A stretch of 57,759 bases of DNA, counting the filler, from Diploschistes diacapsis (lineage: Eukaryota): assembly GCA_023645945.1 (NCBI GenBank). It is 4 parts of 4 records of this genome, joined end to end, with 100 filler letters (N's around TTAATTAATTAA, not from the genome) between each part and the next. Parts side by side here need not be neighbours in the genome. Positions count along the whole stretch, not along the records: positions 40,571 to 49,115 come from JALAIB010001134.1; positions 49,216 to 57,759 come from JALAIB010001135.1; 2 more parts are not named here. One strand, given 5' to 3'. This document shows positions 44,815 to 56,893 of this stretch, piece after piece. Each line of letters begins with the position of its first letter. The first letter of the stretch is position 1. The notes under the pieces were generated by a model. That model saw nothing but the letters and a program-made list of their open reading frames with translations. It made no database searches and was not told where the DNA came from. Position numbers and translations under genes: made by a program.

Positions 44815-47800
44815 ATGCCTCCACCACCTCATACCAAGCCCGAGAATGTGCTCAAGGTATGATACCACAATAGAGTGAACATATAACAGGCGACTAATAC
44901 TTTTCTAGCGAGCGCAAGAGCTCATCGCCGTGTCCCAGTCCTCAGCGGCTCTCAATATTCTCCACGAACATGTCACCTCCAAGAGATCGAGAAACAGCCC
45001 CATTGCCTCTCTGGAGCCTGTGATGCTGCTATTTATCGAGCTCTGCGTTGACCTCAAGTACTTTAATAATTTGCATGCCAACTTAATCTAAATGCTAATA
45101 TCATACAGGAAAGGGAAGCTAGCCAAGGACGGGCTATATCAGGTTCTTGTTATACCGACCATGTCAAATTATCACATTACTAACTGTATGATAGTATAAA
45201 AATACCGCGCAAAACACCAACGTTGGCACCATCGAGCTTGTACTAAGAAAATTCATCGACTTATCGGGTAAGCAGCATTGCCAAAACACAGACACATGGA
45301 TCTAACATGAGACAGAGGAGAAAGTCACCGAAGCTCAAGCCAAGGCCACTCAGGTGCAGTCGTCTCTGGAGGGGGCCGCTGACAGCGGGACAAACGTCGA
45401 CGACCTCGAGGCTACGGAAACACCCGAATCCATCCTTCTTTCGACAGTCTCGGGGGAGGATTCCAAAGATCGAACAGATCGCGCCATTGTCACGCCATGG
45501 CTCAAATTCCTCTGGGAAACGTACCGCACCGTCCTCGAGATCTTGAAGAACAATGCCCGCCTCGAAATCATGTACCAGACCACAGCGCTCCAGGCGTTTG
45601 GTTTTTGCCAGAAATACACCCGCAAGACCGAGTTCCGTAGGCTCTGCGAGCTGCTCAGGAACCATGTCCAGAGCGCTGCCAAATACCAGTCGCAGATGCA
45701 TGCCATCAACCTCAGCGATCCAGACACTCTGCAGCGGCATCTGGATACTCGATTCCAGCAGCTTAATGTCGCAGTCGAGCTGGAGTTGTGGCAAGAAGCC
45801 TTCCGCAGTGTCGAAGATATCCACACACTTCTAAGCCTGTCAAAACGACCTGCCAAGAACATTATGATGGCCAACTACTATGAGAAGCTTACCCGTATCT
45901 TTATGGTCAGCGAGAACTATCTCTTCCACGCCGCTGCCTGGAGCCGATACTACAACCTCCTTCGCCAATCTGCCAACCTTGTTGCTTCGGGAACAGGCTC
46001 GAAAAGGGACAATCCTACGGTTACCGAAGCGCTTCTCACCCAAGCGGCTTCTTTCGTTCTCTTGTCTGCCTTGGCCATTCCTGTCATCAGTACGTCTCGA
46101 TCGCGAGGTGCTCTGATAGACGTCAGCGAGGCTGGTCGGAATAAGAACCAACGCCTCACAAATCTGCTTGGCATGTCGACGCCGCCAAGCCGAACCATCC
46201 TTTTCAAGGATGCAATGAACAAGGGGATTCTCAAGCGCGTAAAGCCCGAGATTCGCGAATTATATCAGGCTTTGGAGGTCGACTTTCATCCACTTAACAT
46301 CTGCAAGACCATCTCACCGATCCTCACTAAGATTGGCCAAGATTCGGACATGGAGAAATACAGTAAGTAGTGCTCCGTCCACCAAAATATATCTATCGTT
46401 AACGTCTATCCAGTACGTCCCTTGCAGCAAGTTATTCTCACCCGCCTCTTCCAGCAGCTCAGTCAAGTTTTCGAGAGTGCCCAGCTGGAGTTCATTTACG
46501 GGCTTGTGGGCGAGTTTCCCGAAGAGTTCAAGATCACGACCGGGACCATTGAGAAATTCATAATGAACGGAGCCAAGAAGGGGGACCTTGCCGTCAGACT
46601 CGACCATAGCAGTGGAGTGCTGACGTTCGACTCGGATGTCTTTTCTTCGGCCAAGGCACTGCATGCTGGATCTGCCGCTGGATCGGCGGAGGGGGAAACA
46701 AGCTCTGTACAACGGTTACAAAGCACGCCGGCCGAGATAATAAGGTCCCAGCTTACCCGTCTGGCCAAAACCCTGTACGTTACTTGCCAGTACGTCGATC
46801 CTTCGTTCAACGCCGTCCGTCAACAAGACAAGATTGCTGCTTTTCAACGAGCTGCCGAAGGTGCTGAGCAGGAGCACCAGAGCACACTCGCCCGGCGAGC
46901 CATTATCGAAAAGAAAAAGGAGCTGGCTACCGAGGCTCAACAGAAGAAGCAACGAGAGGATGAAACGAGAAAGAAGCTGCAAGCTCAGCAGCTCGCCGAG
47001 CGAGAGCAGGAGCGTCTCAAGGAGGAACAAGCCATGCGGGATCGCAAGCGAGTCCAGGAAGAGCAACGAAAGGCCAAGCACGAGACTCTTGTGAAGGAAG
47101 TAGAGGAAATGAAGAAGCACAAGAACTTCAACCTCGAAGGCATCGACATCGATGATCTCGACAGTGACCGCTTGCGAGCTCTTCGCATTGAACAAATGAC
47201 CAAGGAGAAGAACGAGCTCAACAACGTCCTGAGGATCACCGGAAAGAGAATCGACCACCTCGAACGGGCCTTCCGCAAGGAGGAGCTCAGGTTGCTGCCT
47301 GCCGATTACGAGGCTCAGCGTCAGCGAGACCTTGCTGACTACGAGGCTACCAAAGAAGAGTCGCTCAGCAAGGCCGCGCAGAAGCACAAGGAAGATGTTT
47401 CGCTCAAGCATAGGCTCGGTCGACTGGTGCCGACCTACGAGCAGTTCAGCAAAGATCTGAAGGAGAGGCGTCACGATCAATTCGAGAAGCGTCGCAAGCA
47501 AGCTGATCGTGAGCTTGAGAATGCCATCCAGAAGCGCAAGCGTGACGTTCGCGAAAAGAGAGCCAGGGAGCGCCGCGAGAAGGAGGAAGCCGAGAGGCGT
47601 CAGCACGAAGAAGAGGAGAGAGTTGCTCGCGAGGTAGAAGAAAAGGCAGCCGCGGAAGCCGAGCGGAAGCGAAAGATGGCCGAAGACAAGGCGGCAAGGG
47701 ACAGGGAGCGCAAGTGAGTGCTACGGCGTTGTCGCCACAAAGCCTAGATTGCTAATATGCGTACAGGGAATTGGAAGAAAAAGCCGCGCACCAACGACAA

Positions 47801-48355
47801 AGGGAGGCCGAGGCCGAGGCCCGCGCCCGAGAACGAAAGACCGGAGGTACAGCACCGACCCGCATCCCAGACCGAACAGCTGCCCCTGTCCGAGCCGATA
47901 ACGACAAGCCTGCCGGAGGGCCACCGGTCCTCGCCCTCGCAGGCAACAAGCCAAGCTGGCGCGACCGTCAAGCCTCCAGTGGTGCTGCCGCCGCATCCGG
48001 CAGTCCAGCGCCAGCTTCCGCCGACGAAAAGCCAGAAGCTTCCGCCGCCGCCGCACCACCTACCGCAGAAGCACCCAGGAAGAGCGGGTATGTTCCACCT
48101 CACCTGCGTGGCCGTCAAGACAACCAAGCGCCTCCATCGAGCGGTGGTGCCAGGGACGATAGCGCTAGCAGTGGAGCAGACAGGTGGCGCCGTCCACAGG
48201 TACCTCGTGATGGCTCGCCGGCTGATGCTCCCGCCGGCAGGGGCTATTCGCCTCGTCCTCCAGTCAAGGCTAATGGACCGCCGGCTGATGGTGCGGATAC
48301 GGCCAAGACGGGTGGAGGGAGGTATGTGCCGCCTTCTATGAGGAATAGGGGCTAA
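44815..48355 (+). CDS. TIF32: Eukaryotic translation initiation factor 3 subunit A; 7 exons
   Basis: [67 protein letters not shown], a PCI region, [10 protein letters not shown], a charged coiled coil and [14 protein letters not shown] tail repeats. Confidence 0.97.
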
Positions 48356-49115
48356 TCCTGTTGGCGGTGCTGAGGTTGTGGAAGGTGGAGTAGTAGGGAG
48401 AATTGAACGGGCGGTTGAGGGGGGGCGAGGGTAGAAGAAATTGCAATGCAGTCCCGTCGCTCGTTAGAGAGAGAAGTTTGGTTCGACTTATTGTTATTAG
48501 TAAGGTAGCCTTTGCCGGTGTTCGTGTTCGTGCGTTCTCGTTGCAGTACTTGTAAATACACAATGGATCGGCTGCAAAGCACGGAAGGAAGGCATTTCAA
48601 GGGGGAGTAGGAGGGTTAGGGGCTAATTTAGGTAGAGATTGAAAAATGCATTTGTTTATTCGTCTAATACTGGACATACGATGCCTCCACGCTGTTAACT
48701 GCCTATCGCTTTCCTCCTCCCCCTCTAGTAGATTCTTCACTACCTCCTGTGCCCTTCTCCGTGTCTTTATTTTACTTTGCCTCGAGTTCCTTTCTTTCTT
48801 TTAGTTCGGAAGAATGCAACGCTTGATGGGGGGGGGGTTCACTAGAAAAAAAACACTACCTACCCTTCCAGCCAGGAAGCGCCATAATATTGCAGTGGCG
48901 GATCCGCTTAACCAAATGACATTATCTCGTTTTCATCTGTGTGATTGCTCCTGTTCGTAGATCTCGCTCTCTCCACCTCTTCCTTGCCTTTACACCCTGA
49001 AAAACCATTTCTCCCCTCCCTTTCCTTTCCGTCTTTTTCCCCCCCCCCCCCTTTATTTTATTTATTTTTCAATCTCTCGCCTTACTTCTTCTCCCTCCAG
49101 CGCTTTTCTCACAAC

Positions 49116-49215
49116 NNNNNNNNNNNNNNNNNNNNNNNNNNNNNNNNNNNNNNNNNNNNTTAATTAATTAANNNNNNNNNNNNNNNNNNNNNNNNNNNNN
49201 NNNNNNNNNNNNNNN
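49116..49215. other. Assembly spacer N44-TTAATTAATTAA-N44
   Basis: Same artificial linker. Confidence 0.98.
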
Positions 49216-49609
49216 CGTAAAGAACACGCGCTTTATCACGATATAGCTTATATAATTCGTACGAACACACTGCCCGTACATACTCGCAACGTTATTGTAT
49301 TAATTAAATAAAAGAAATTTGATTATAACCTAAATTAATTATATTATAAGGTTAAAAACATGAAGAAGGAGGGGTAGGTGGGCGGATGACTTATGTAGGC
49401 GGATGACTTGTGAAAGACGTTAGAAGACGGCTGTTATAAATCGGTCTTAAATGAATTTGCGATTGTACAAAACATGGCTCCTGAGACACAGTGTTTGTAA
49501 TGCTTACATGGTCTTTCGACCCTGAAAATAGGCTACAAAGATTTCATGTAGAGAACTGAAAATAAAAGACATAAAAGATGTATAACATTTGAATGTCACA
49601 GCCTACGCT

Positions 49610-51298
49610 ATGCTTGTTTCGAGTCCTTGTTCAACGCAGAGCTCAGCCCCAATTTTCAAGTATAACTGTCTGTTCACTACCGACTTCATTCGCAAGCAGA
49701 AACGTTGGCATGATGGATTTTTATGCTTTCACACGTTCAATAAGAGAATCATGGTCTATGATGTCTCGAGCAACTTCGTCGGCGATATGCATTGGCGAGA
49801 TTCGGGTCTTGTTCAGGTAGGACACGAGCTACAGCTTGATAGGGGAGTTCTGGTACAGATTGGTGAAGAAATAGAGCGAAAAGAACAAGATTTGTCTGAG
49901 CTATTGGACAGAAAGACTGTATCAGGAGGAAAAGCGCCGCCGCCACCATCGTTTCCGAGACAACGGCAATTTCGGCAATATCAATTGTTACAATCGCCAG
50001 TGTTACCGTCTGCTGCGAGGATTAGCCACAAAGAACCTAAATCCCTGAATGCTATACTTGAGTTTACCACTTTTTATTCCGGTAGGGGGTCTCTTAATCT
50101 TGAAGACCCTCTTCCGGAACGACACCGGATTCTTGCCACTGGCCGAAAAACCCCGGAGCTGTCAAAAAGACACAGATTAGCCCACAGAAACTATTCAAAG
50201 TCCGACATACAATTTTCAGCAACCCAGGAGCGGAAGAAACAAAACCCTACACTAACGGCAATCGGAAGTGCACCCACAGAACTCAGCATTGATACAATCG
50301 GAGAGGAGAACGGGCAACGGTCGTCTCTATCCACTCTTGATCCACAGATTCAAATTTCCTGCAATCAATCGGGTGACGATCCCACTCATCGTCATGCTGG
50401 AGATGAGAGAGGAAACCAGCTATTAAGACTTGGCCGGCGCGGTAAGCATCAAGATTCTGAAGCAGCTCCCCACCGTCGATCACGACATATGGTAAGCTCA
50501 GCTCAGGCGGAAGATGCGCGTCCCTTGAATACCACGGTCCGCAGATTTCCACAAATGTTGGTCTCAGCGAAAGCTAAGAGAAGGAAATTGATATGTGAGG
50601 ATATAGGAGAAAAAGGTACCTGCGTTGGGTCAGGAGCACTTTCTAGCCTTCTAGAGAGCATGAAGTATGGACATTCGGCCACGCACAAGGCCAGTAGAGG
50701 TTCTCTTGACATGCTTTCTAGCTACAATAATCTGGATCCGCATGGCCAACCCTTCGGGGAAATCACCTATTCGAAACATAAGGACTATTTACCACAAGCG
50801 ACTGAAAACAAGATACTAACAGCCTCGACTCATAGTAATCTGGTGGAGGATTCAAATGCATACTACGGTTCTCCTCTGCTCCAAGTAAGAGGCTCATATG
50901 GCGAGAACAAGGGAGGAAAGGCGAAGAGACTAATACCAACATCAATAATCCACGAGCCTAACGTTGCTCGGTTAGCAACCAATACGCATTCTCAAGGTTC
51001 ACACACTAGCATAACGACCAACGTATCGAGAGCTTCCGAAATGCAATCACTCCATTCGGGGAGTGAGGCCCTTCAACAGACGTCGGAGGAGTCGTTTAAC
51101 GAAACATTAAGAAAGCCAGAATTATACCTAAAAACTTCAAGAAAGTCAAGATCCGACATGACAGCATCCACACAAATAACAATCCATGACGGACTGAACG
51201 ATGGTCCTTGGAGTGAAGAGGCTTTTGACTTGTTCGGATGGAGGCCGGGTGAGCTGAAAGGCACTGGAGCTCTAGCAAAGACAATTGACATTCGCTAA
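49610..51298 (+). CDS. DUF2439 (ZGRF1/Mte1-like N-terminal domain) protein
   Basis: YNCLFTTDFIRKQKRWHDGFLCFHTFNKRIMVYD...GHELQLDRGVLVQIGE, a disordered middle, and C-terminal GPWSEEAFDLFGWRP. Confidence 0.85.
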   Translation: MLVSSPCSTQSSAPIFKYNCLFTTDFIRKQKRWHDGFLCFHTFNKRIMVYDVSSNFVGDMHWRDSGLVQVGHELQLDRGVLVQIGEEIERKEQDLSELLDRKTVSGGKAPPPPSFPRQRQFRQYQLLQSPVLPSAARISHKEPKSLNAILEFTTFYSGRGSLNLEDPLPERHRILATGRKTPELSKRHRLAHRNYSKSDIQFSATQERKKQNPTLTAIGSAPTELSIDTIGEENGQRSSLSTLDPQIQISCNQSGDDPTHRHAGDERGNQLLRLGRRGKHQDSEAAPHRRSRHMVSSAQAEDARPLNTTVRRFPQMLVSAKAKRRKLICEDIGEKGTCVGSGALSSLLESMKYGHSATHKASRGSLDMLSSYNNLDPHGQPFGEITYSKHKDYLPQATENKILTASTHSNLVEDSNAYYGSPLLQVRGSYGENKGGKAKRLIPTSIIHEPNVARLATNTHSQGSHTSITTNVSRASEMQSLHSGSEALQQTSEESFNETLRKPELYLKTSRKSRSDMTASTQITIHDGLNDGPWSEEAFDLFGWRPGELKGTGALAKTIDIR

Positions 51299-51621
51299 AA
51301 TATGCAAAGCGAAGCTGCTGCACATGTACACGTACACGATAGACCCTGATCACTGAAGGAATTCAGTGAAAAGGATAAGTGAACCAATAGTATCGCATCA
51401 CCTATAAGGAAAGCCGGGTGCCAGACCAATTGATGTTAATGTACCCCTACACCATTAGCAAACGGCCGTGTGCTCGTCTTTTCGCCCTTGTCCTTCTGAT
51501 TTGTCTTTCCTAACCTTCTTACTGTGGATAGGTCTAGAAGAAAAGGGCCTTGGACACAGAATATCGCTTCGCCCAGGAAACAAGCGGCAGGTCGTTATCA
51601 TGGTCAGCTAAATGAAGCAAT

Positions 51622-54600
51622 TTATTTACGAGTGTTACTGCTTAGTCGCCTAGTGGCTTGTACCCGCCTACTTAAGGATCCAACGTCGTGCTTACCTAAG
51701 TAATAAAAAAGACGTCAGTATTATTATAACAAAAGAATGCGGAACGTAATGGCCTACCGTCACAGCAAGCCCTCACATTTTCCACCTTATCCGATTCCTG
51801 CTCTTCCCTCTCCAGAACCTGGCGAAGATCCTCTGCACTATCGTTGACCATATTGGCATTGTAAATGCTTCCTGTAGAGGAATTGGTAGTACCTTGCATG
51901 GTGTTTGTCGTTGGCGTCCGAGTAGGCCGCCAATAGCTGCTGATACGAGATCCAATGGATGCATGATTCGCCTGAGAAAAGCGTGAAGATGTTGCGTGAG
52001 GCGTGGGTGGTATACGCCGAGCGTAGTTCTTGGTTGGTGAAGCACTTCTGTTTGATATAACGCTTTGCCGTGTGGTGTTCGTCCGCGAATGATAAGAAGA
52101 CAACGACACACGAGAACCCGTAGGACGGACGAACCCCGGGTTAAACTCGGCAACATCCTCGGGTGTGATGTGATTGTGATCGGAGGCGTCAGGACCTGAG
52201 CGAAGAAGGAGGTAGGAAAGTGCGTTGAACCAAGTCTCATGGCGCTGCCCAGTAGACGCTGTAAACTTAATGTCCCGTCCAGGTGTGATCACTATGAGAG
52301 ATTTGCGGTGCAGACCTGGAGGCATGGGGTTATCATCAACGACTACACGGACAGCTTCAATCGCCACAGATTTCGCTTTGAGTTGTATTCGACCGGCTGT
52401 GGAGGGATCTTGATCGCTCCAATACAACGTGCGCGTGTATGGATGAACCCAAAAGAAGCGTCGATGTCGCTTATCCGACATCTCACCCCGTCCTGCTTTG
52501 CGCGTATACTTCCATAGGTATTCGCCAATCATTGTTTGCGTAATTGCCTGAATCATCCGTGGATCAGTATTGTTATCAAAACCTTGTGGCACCGGTAGCC
52601 CGTCTGCGCGGATATTGAACCGCGCATCAAGTTCTGATTCAAAGGAGGAAACGGATGATCTTCGGGACCGACTACTTCTTGCAGCTGAATACTTCGCACG
52701 AGGAGTCGCAGACGTAGGGGTTTGAGGTATAGGGTCATTGGGGGTTTGAGGTCTCTTAGCAGTAAGGCGATAAGCAGAAGCAGGTGCGATTGGCGGTTCC
52801 ATGCTGCCCTCGGTCTTAACCTCATTTTTGTCTCTTGGAGGTGCTTGCTGAGCCGCAGCGATTGCTTGGCGATGGTCTGCGGGAAGTGGTGGTATCTCTG
52901 AACTAGACAGGCGGACACTTGAAACACTACCCAGTCTTTTGACAGTTCTAGCAGTTAAAGTACTCTCACGTCCAATGTTAGGAGCTGTTGACAAGACAAA
53001 GCTTGGCTGAGACGATACTGGCGATATCGATATCGCCTCCGGTTTTGGTCCGACATTGGCGATAGATGGATGTCCAACTGTATACCCAGCAGCGTTTCTA
53101 GCCAATAGGAGGTTATCGATATGAGAGGATGAAAGTGTTGTCTGCGAAGCTCGATCTGTCTTCTCAAGTCCTGTAGGCTTTCCCGACATATCATTCGACC
53201 TTGGTGCCTCGTGCATGCTGTTTGGCGAAACCTCTTCGAATGTTCGTTTAGTTTCAGGGATACGTACGGTGCCATGCCGCCGCTCACTTGCTGTGTCTTC
53301 AACACCATCAGAAGGATCATGGGATTTCTTGCCGATTGCCCATCCAAGGACCGATCCCAGTCCTCCAACTCTAATAGGGCTTTCCGTCTTGTCCTGTTCA
53401 GAGGACGTGAACTTGAATTCATCATGTATTGCTGTAAGAGGTCTACTTAACGGCGTTTCTCGAATTTCAGGAGCTCCCGACGGAACAATAGTCTCAAGGA
53501 TACTGATCGGCGAAAAACTTAGCCTTGATTGACCGTCTACTACACCGATCTGGCCTTTGACATAGGTATGTTGCGTCGTACTAGGGTGACAATAACTGGA
53601 TTGGGACGCCTCTACCGGTACTTGTTGCATATCATCTGTTCGGCTTTCTGTCGGGACCATAATCAAGGTCCCTGAGTGCCGAAATGCTTGTTCATCTGTA
53701 CTTACTGTTTGGTTAGGTGTTGCAGATGAAGGGATCCAAGGATCAGTCATCATTCCAGAGTCGACTGTGGAATCAGAGTGTGTTGCAGACTCGCCAGTCA
53801 CCACGTCCTCGCAAGACTGACTTCTTGAATCTGCCACAATATCGTCGTCGTCGCTTTGGCGCCTCTCTAGCTCTCCTAGTTCGGCGAAAAGGCTTTGGCC
53901 TTTTGGGCCCCTGTTACTCACAAAGCTTGCTGGAGAGTCTTTTAGAGTTGCGGGAGAACTGCTAGGCTCTTCGCTTCCAATCTTGGACCTACGCGAGCCC
54001 TTTCCAAGACGCATGCGATACTTCATGGGTTGCTGAACTGGAGTCTTGGCCTCTCGATATTGCTCATCATCAGATGTGGATGCCGTGCTGATGAATGAAG
54101 ATCGCTTAATTGGAGCGAAAGGCGAATTTTTCCTCTGCCTGATCTTTCCATTGCCAATAGTTGCACTTTCCGTTTCTGTCAAATCGCCACTGCTTTCTCC
54201 AGCTAGGCTCTCATTTCCAGTCTGGAATGCCTCCGTCTCAGTGCCAGTTTCGTGTTCATTGGCTGTCTCAAAAGCATCCTCCGTTTCCGTCGCGATCTGG
54301 TTCGCATCACTTATTTCCGTTTGTGGAGGGACATTTCCAAGACTTTCAATTATCGATGCCCTTGTTGGAGAGGCTCCTCCATCGTGAGCCTCCCATTCGG
54401 GATCTTCGATTTGCATATCTATCCGAGTTTGCCGATCAGCTCCTAACTGGTGTAGCTTTAGAGTTCTCTTGGGGAAATCCGTCTGTGGCTTGGTTCTCGA
54501 TCGTTTAGCCGTGCCCACGGCTCCAGATTGGGCCTGCCGAGCTTCTAGCTCGTCTCTTGATTCTTGCAGTATGCGCTTGAGCTCCAGCTTTTCCGACTTT

Positions 54601-55919
54601 TCTCGATGTATGCTACTTTTCAGGTTCTGGATCATTCGGTGTGCATGATGAAGCGAGCTCTTCAAGGTTTCTGATTCGAGGACGGAGTTTCGTGCTGCCC
54701 CTTTTGATGGTGATGGGGGAGGGGAGTGGTCAGTATCGGATCTATCCTGTAGCAAGTCCTCGGGATCGGAACCTGCTTGTGCAACGGCCAAGGTTGATTC
54801 CGCACGGACTTTTTCTGCGACGGCCTTTGCAAGGTCTTGATTTTGAGAAGTCAGCTCAATGACTTTGCGATGCAGCATATCACGCTCTTTTTCCATTCCT
54901 AGTATTGTTTTCCGAAGGGCACCAGCCTCCGAATCGTGAGCCTTTCGAAAGCTGTGGTAGTCGTCGCTGAGCTTTCCGTGGGCTTGCTTGACGTCATCCA
55001 ACTCCCTTTGGGCGGCAGTCCTCTCCGCAGTAGTAACTGCCAAAGCTTGTTGCAGCCGCTGGGCCTTGGAAGCACTCTCGGATGACGCTGCGAGTAATTC
55101 ATGAGTACGGGTTTCCAAGCTCCAATTTTCATCTTTGTAACGCTGCTCGCTTTCATCCAATGTCTTCAAGCGATCTGTGAGATTCTCCACATCCAGTTCC
55201 AGTTGTGATTTTTCGAGATTCAAGGTCTTAGAAGCCTCGTCTCGTTCAGCGAGAACCCCCTGTAGTTGACGGACTTGTAAAAGGAGGGAGGTACTGATCT
55301 CAGTTACAAACTCAATGTCGTCCACTCTACTGGCCGGCTGATTACGTTGCCTACGCGAGGGAACGGCAAGCTTGGAAGGGGAGTCTGTGGCCTGAGTCGA
55401 GAATTTTGTGGGGCTGGGTGGCCTCTGAGACACGTGCGATTAGTCTGGGGAGATTCTTTAGTATATGTTAATTACCTTGCCATCCAAAACGGAACTGGCG
55501 CTCTGGCTCTCGTCGGCGGTTGAGCCTCTAGACTTATAGGAAAGGAAAGCTCTCGCACTGTCACGTCCAAGCTCGTTATATTCCCTTTGGACTTCAACCA
55601 GTTTCTGTCGCAGCTCAGGCCCTAATTCTTGACGATCATGACGTTCTTCAACCTCCCTTAGTCGTTCAACAAGTTCTTCTCGCTGTTGTATGAGAGCAGT
55701 GCCTAGTCTTGATGCTTCTTCTAAACGGCGATCGGTTTCGGAAAGGTGAGCTTCGAGCGCTCGTTTGGCAGTTGCTGGGGACGCAGGTATTTGATAATTG
55801 GCAAAAAGGTGAGTGTCGAAAGCTGAATAACGATGTGACACCCTTCGAGCATTCACGTCTTGGGGCGGTAGAGATGCAACAGGGTCGTCATTCGGGCTAG
55901 TTGTGTCCTGCATTTCCAT
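51622..55919 (-). CDS. apsA: Nuclear migration / cortical dynein anchor ApsA/Num1/AMI1; 3 exons
   Basis: N-terminal coiled coils (DIEFVTEISTSLLLQVRQLQ, SEQRYKDENWSLET, TLKSSLHHAHRMIQNLK). C-terminal PH domain TDPRMIQAITQTMIGEYLWKYTRK...RHRRFFWVHPYTRTLYWS. Spliced end ENVRACCD|GKHDVGSL. Confidence 0.95.
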
Positions 55920-56294
55920 ACCACCAGTATTTGAAGGCAACAATCCCTTAGCTAAAATGCGGTCGTTCCTAGGTCCTCCTGATCTTGATCTAGCTTCAAA
56001 AACTGCTTAGAGGCAGCACGATGGTAACCGTAACCAAACGCTTTTTGATTGACCTGTGCAATGCGGGGGATTTGTGGAGGAAGTTTTATGGCGAGCAGGA
56101 CGCAGCCTCGGTATGGAATTGCATGGGTTCACTTTCAGGAAGGATAGTTAGCTTGTGAATTCGATAAAGATAGTGATCTTTGACATAAGATGGTCTATAA
56201 ATCAAGACTGTGGTGACATCTGCGACGCGCTCAGCCCTAGATTATCAAACGACCTTTGGTGCACGCGCGGTTTCCAAATAGAGTCGTGACCCTA

Positions 56295-56502
56295 ACGTGT
56301 TCCACCAGGAAACGGGTTACACCACGAAGCGGGTTACTCATTATAATGTAGATACGCTAGATAGTTTTAAGCGAGCTTCTGAGCCCCACAACCTCACATA
56401 AAATTATCGTACGAAAGGTGAAAATGTTAAGAAATCCATTTTACGAAGGTGCAGGGATTATAACCCGCTTCGTGGTGTAACCCGTTTCCTGGTGGAACAC
56501 GT
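56295..56502. mobile_element. 208-bp MITE of the Tc1/mariner superfamily (Fot1/pogo type)
   Basis: Perfect 42-bp TIRs ACGTGTTCCACCAGGAAACGGGTTACACCACGAAGCGGGTTA (56295-56336 and 56461-56502), each with an internal 17-bp imperfect direct repeat. Flanked by a TA target-site duplication. No ORF. Confidence 0.95.
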
Positions 56503-56705
56503 TAGTGCCCGAGCGGACTTTTAGTAATCGAACACATTTTAATTCCCTAAGCGAAGCGCAGGACTACAGTTGCAGATAGAAAAAACCGTGGATAATGTCA
56601 GAATATTAACCTACATAGGTTAGTCAGATTGCTTAATAAGCTTCTAGTATATTTCGAATATTCTAGAACATATTAAAATATCATCGAAGAGAATATCGAA
56701 TATTA

Positions 56706-56891
56706 ACGTGTTTCACCACATAACGGGTTACACCACAAAGCGGGTTACAATCCTGCACCTTCGTAAAATGTATTTCTTAACATTTTCACCTTTCGTACAA
56801 ATAATTTTATGTGTGGCTGTAGGGTTCAAAAGCTCGCTTTAAACTATCTAGCGCATCTACATTATAATGAGTAACCTGCTTTGTGGTGTAA
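56706..56891. mobile_element. Second, inverted and truncated copy of the same MITE
   Basis: TA-ACGTGTTTCACCACATAACGGGTTACACCACAAAGCGGGTTA, then the reverse complement of the copy-1 interior (roughly 85-90% identical by eye). The distal TIR is broken after ...gtggtgtaa. Confidence 0.92.
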
Positions 56892-56893
56892 AC

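Noticed and set aside
46716..47606. Long antisense ORFs (also 40979-41941, 19851-20417, 10759-11478)
   Set aside because: They are shadows of real genes on the opposite strand, produced by codon bias.
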